Origin: a virus | Taxonomy: Duplodnaviria > Caudoviricetes | DNA length: 35,405 nt | Reading direction: 5' to 3' (one strand) | IMG/VR virus record: IMGVR_UViG_3300042366_000454 | Coordinates: 1 to 35,405 of that record | In this document: in pieces, positions 34,966 to 35,405 of the stretch | Position numbering within the stretch: the first letter of the stretch is position 1 | Layout of the letters: each line of letters opens with the position of its first letter | The notes under the pieces: model-generated | The model's database searches: none | What the model was told of the DNA's origin: nothing | The model's input: the letters and a program-made list of their open reading frames with translations, nothing else | Position numbers and translations under genes: made by a program

Positions 34966-34997
34966 AATATATACGGAAGATTGTCATGTTTTGTCAA
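34966..34997 (-). promoter_or_regulatory. early promoter: TTGACA plus motif copy 5 (CTTCCGTATATATT)
   Basis: Minus strand TTGACA-N18-TATATA, ending 8 nt before ATG 34959; a second TTGACA lies just upstream. Confidence 0.6.
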
Positions 34998-35051
34998 TAT
35001 GTCAAATAATTTTGTTATTTATTTTGCGTTCCTTATTTAGAAGTATTCCAA

Positions 35052-35336
35052 TTAGTAATAAGAGCGTGCGGGAATTAGGCTTTTTGCTTTTTCTTTCCAA
35101 GTAGAAAATTCGTCGCTTTCCAACTCAAACTTTGCTGCGATTCTGCATAGCCTTTCGCTTTCAATGCCGACAACTACGCCTTGCAACACTTTGGAAAAGC
35201 GTCTTTCCTTTTCGCGTTCAATTAAGCGATGCTCGCATTTATCAAAGTTTGTATAACACGTTAGGCACGTTCCCACGCGAAAGACAGAATTTTGCTCTGG
35301 CGTGACGATGTTCATTTTCAACATTTGATTTTTCAT
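35052..35336 (-). CDS. hypothetical protein
   Basis: 94-aa ORF with CA-rich leader; CxxC..C..H. Confidence 0.65.
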   Translation of the reverse strand: MKNQMLKMNIVTPEQNSVFRVGTCLTCYTNFDKCEHRLIEREKERRFSKVLQGVVVGIESERLCRIAAKFELESDEFSTWKEKAKSLIPARSYY

Positions 35337-35405
35337 AGTGTTTGTTGGTTGATTGTTTGCGGGATTGTCTCCCCTGCTCCCCGCGACAATCGCGCCACGG
35401 GGAGA

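Noticed and set aside
1-35405. Specific host assignment or alternative genetic code
   Set aside because: Genes translate cleanly with the standard code, using all three stops; SD-less starts and sigma70-like promoters are not sufficient to name a host.

Overview
This is a 35.4-kb segment of a tailed dsDNA bacteriophage genome; no capsid, portal or terminase genes fall in the window. Left to right it holds a lysis cassette (membrane/holin-like proteins plus an Amidase_2 endolysin), nucleotide-metabolism and exonuclease genes, a minus-strand trio including a 785-aa internally repeated protein, a divergent promoter region, an SSB-like/SWIM/PD-(D/E)XK nuclease block with small Lys-rich proteins, a glycosyltransferase and tRNA-Arg(TCT). 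Putative virion/ejection genes follow, ending in a 3458-aa polyvalent protein (zincin, methyltransferase and ADP-ribosyltransferase domains). The minus strand then carries a DnaG primase translationally coupled to a glycosyltransferase/methyltransferase cluster, and about 20 small early-type genes. Most striking is an orphan plus-strand promoter-terminator unit at about 7316-7417. It would give a ~65-nt G/U-rich small RNA whose single-stranded part is the reverse complement of the shared ACACACC-AUG-AAAA start context of about a dozen small phage genes, making it a candidate multi-target anti-start-codon sRNA. All family assignments are by-eye motif recognition, not database searches.
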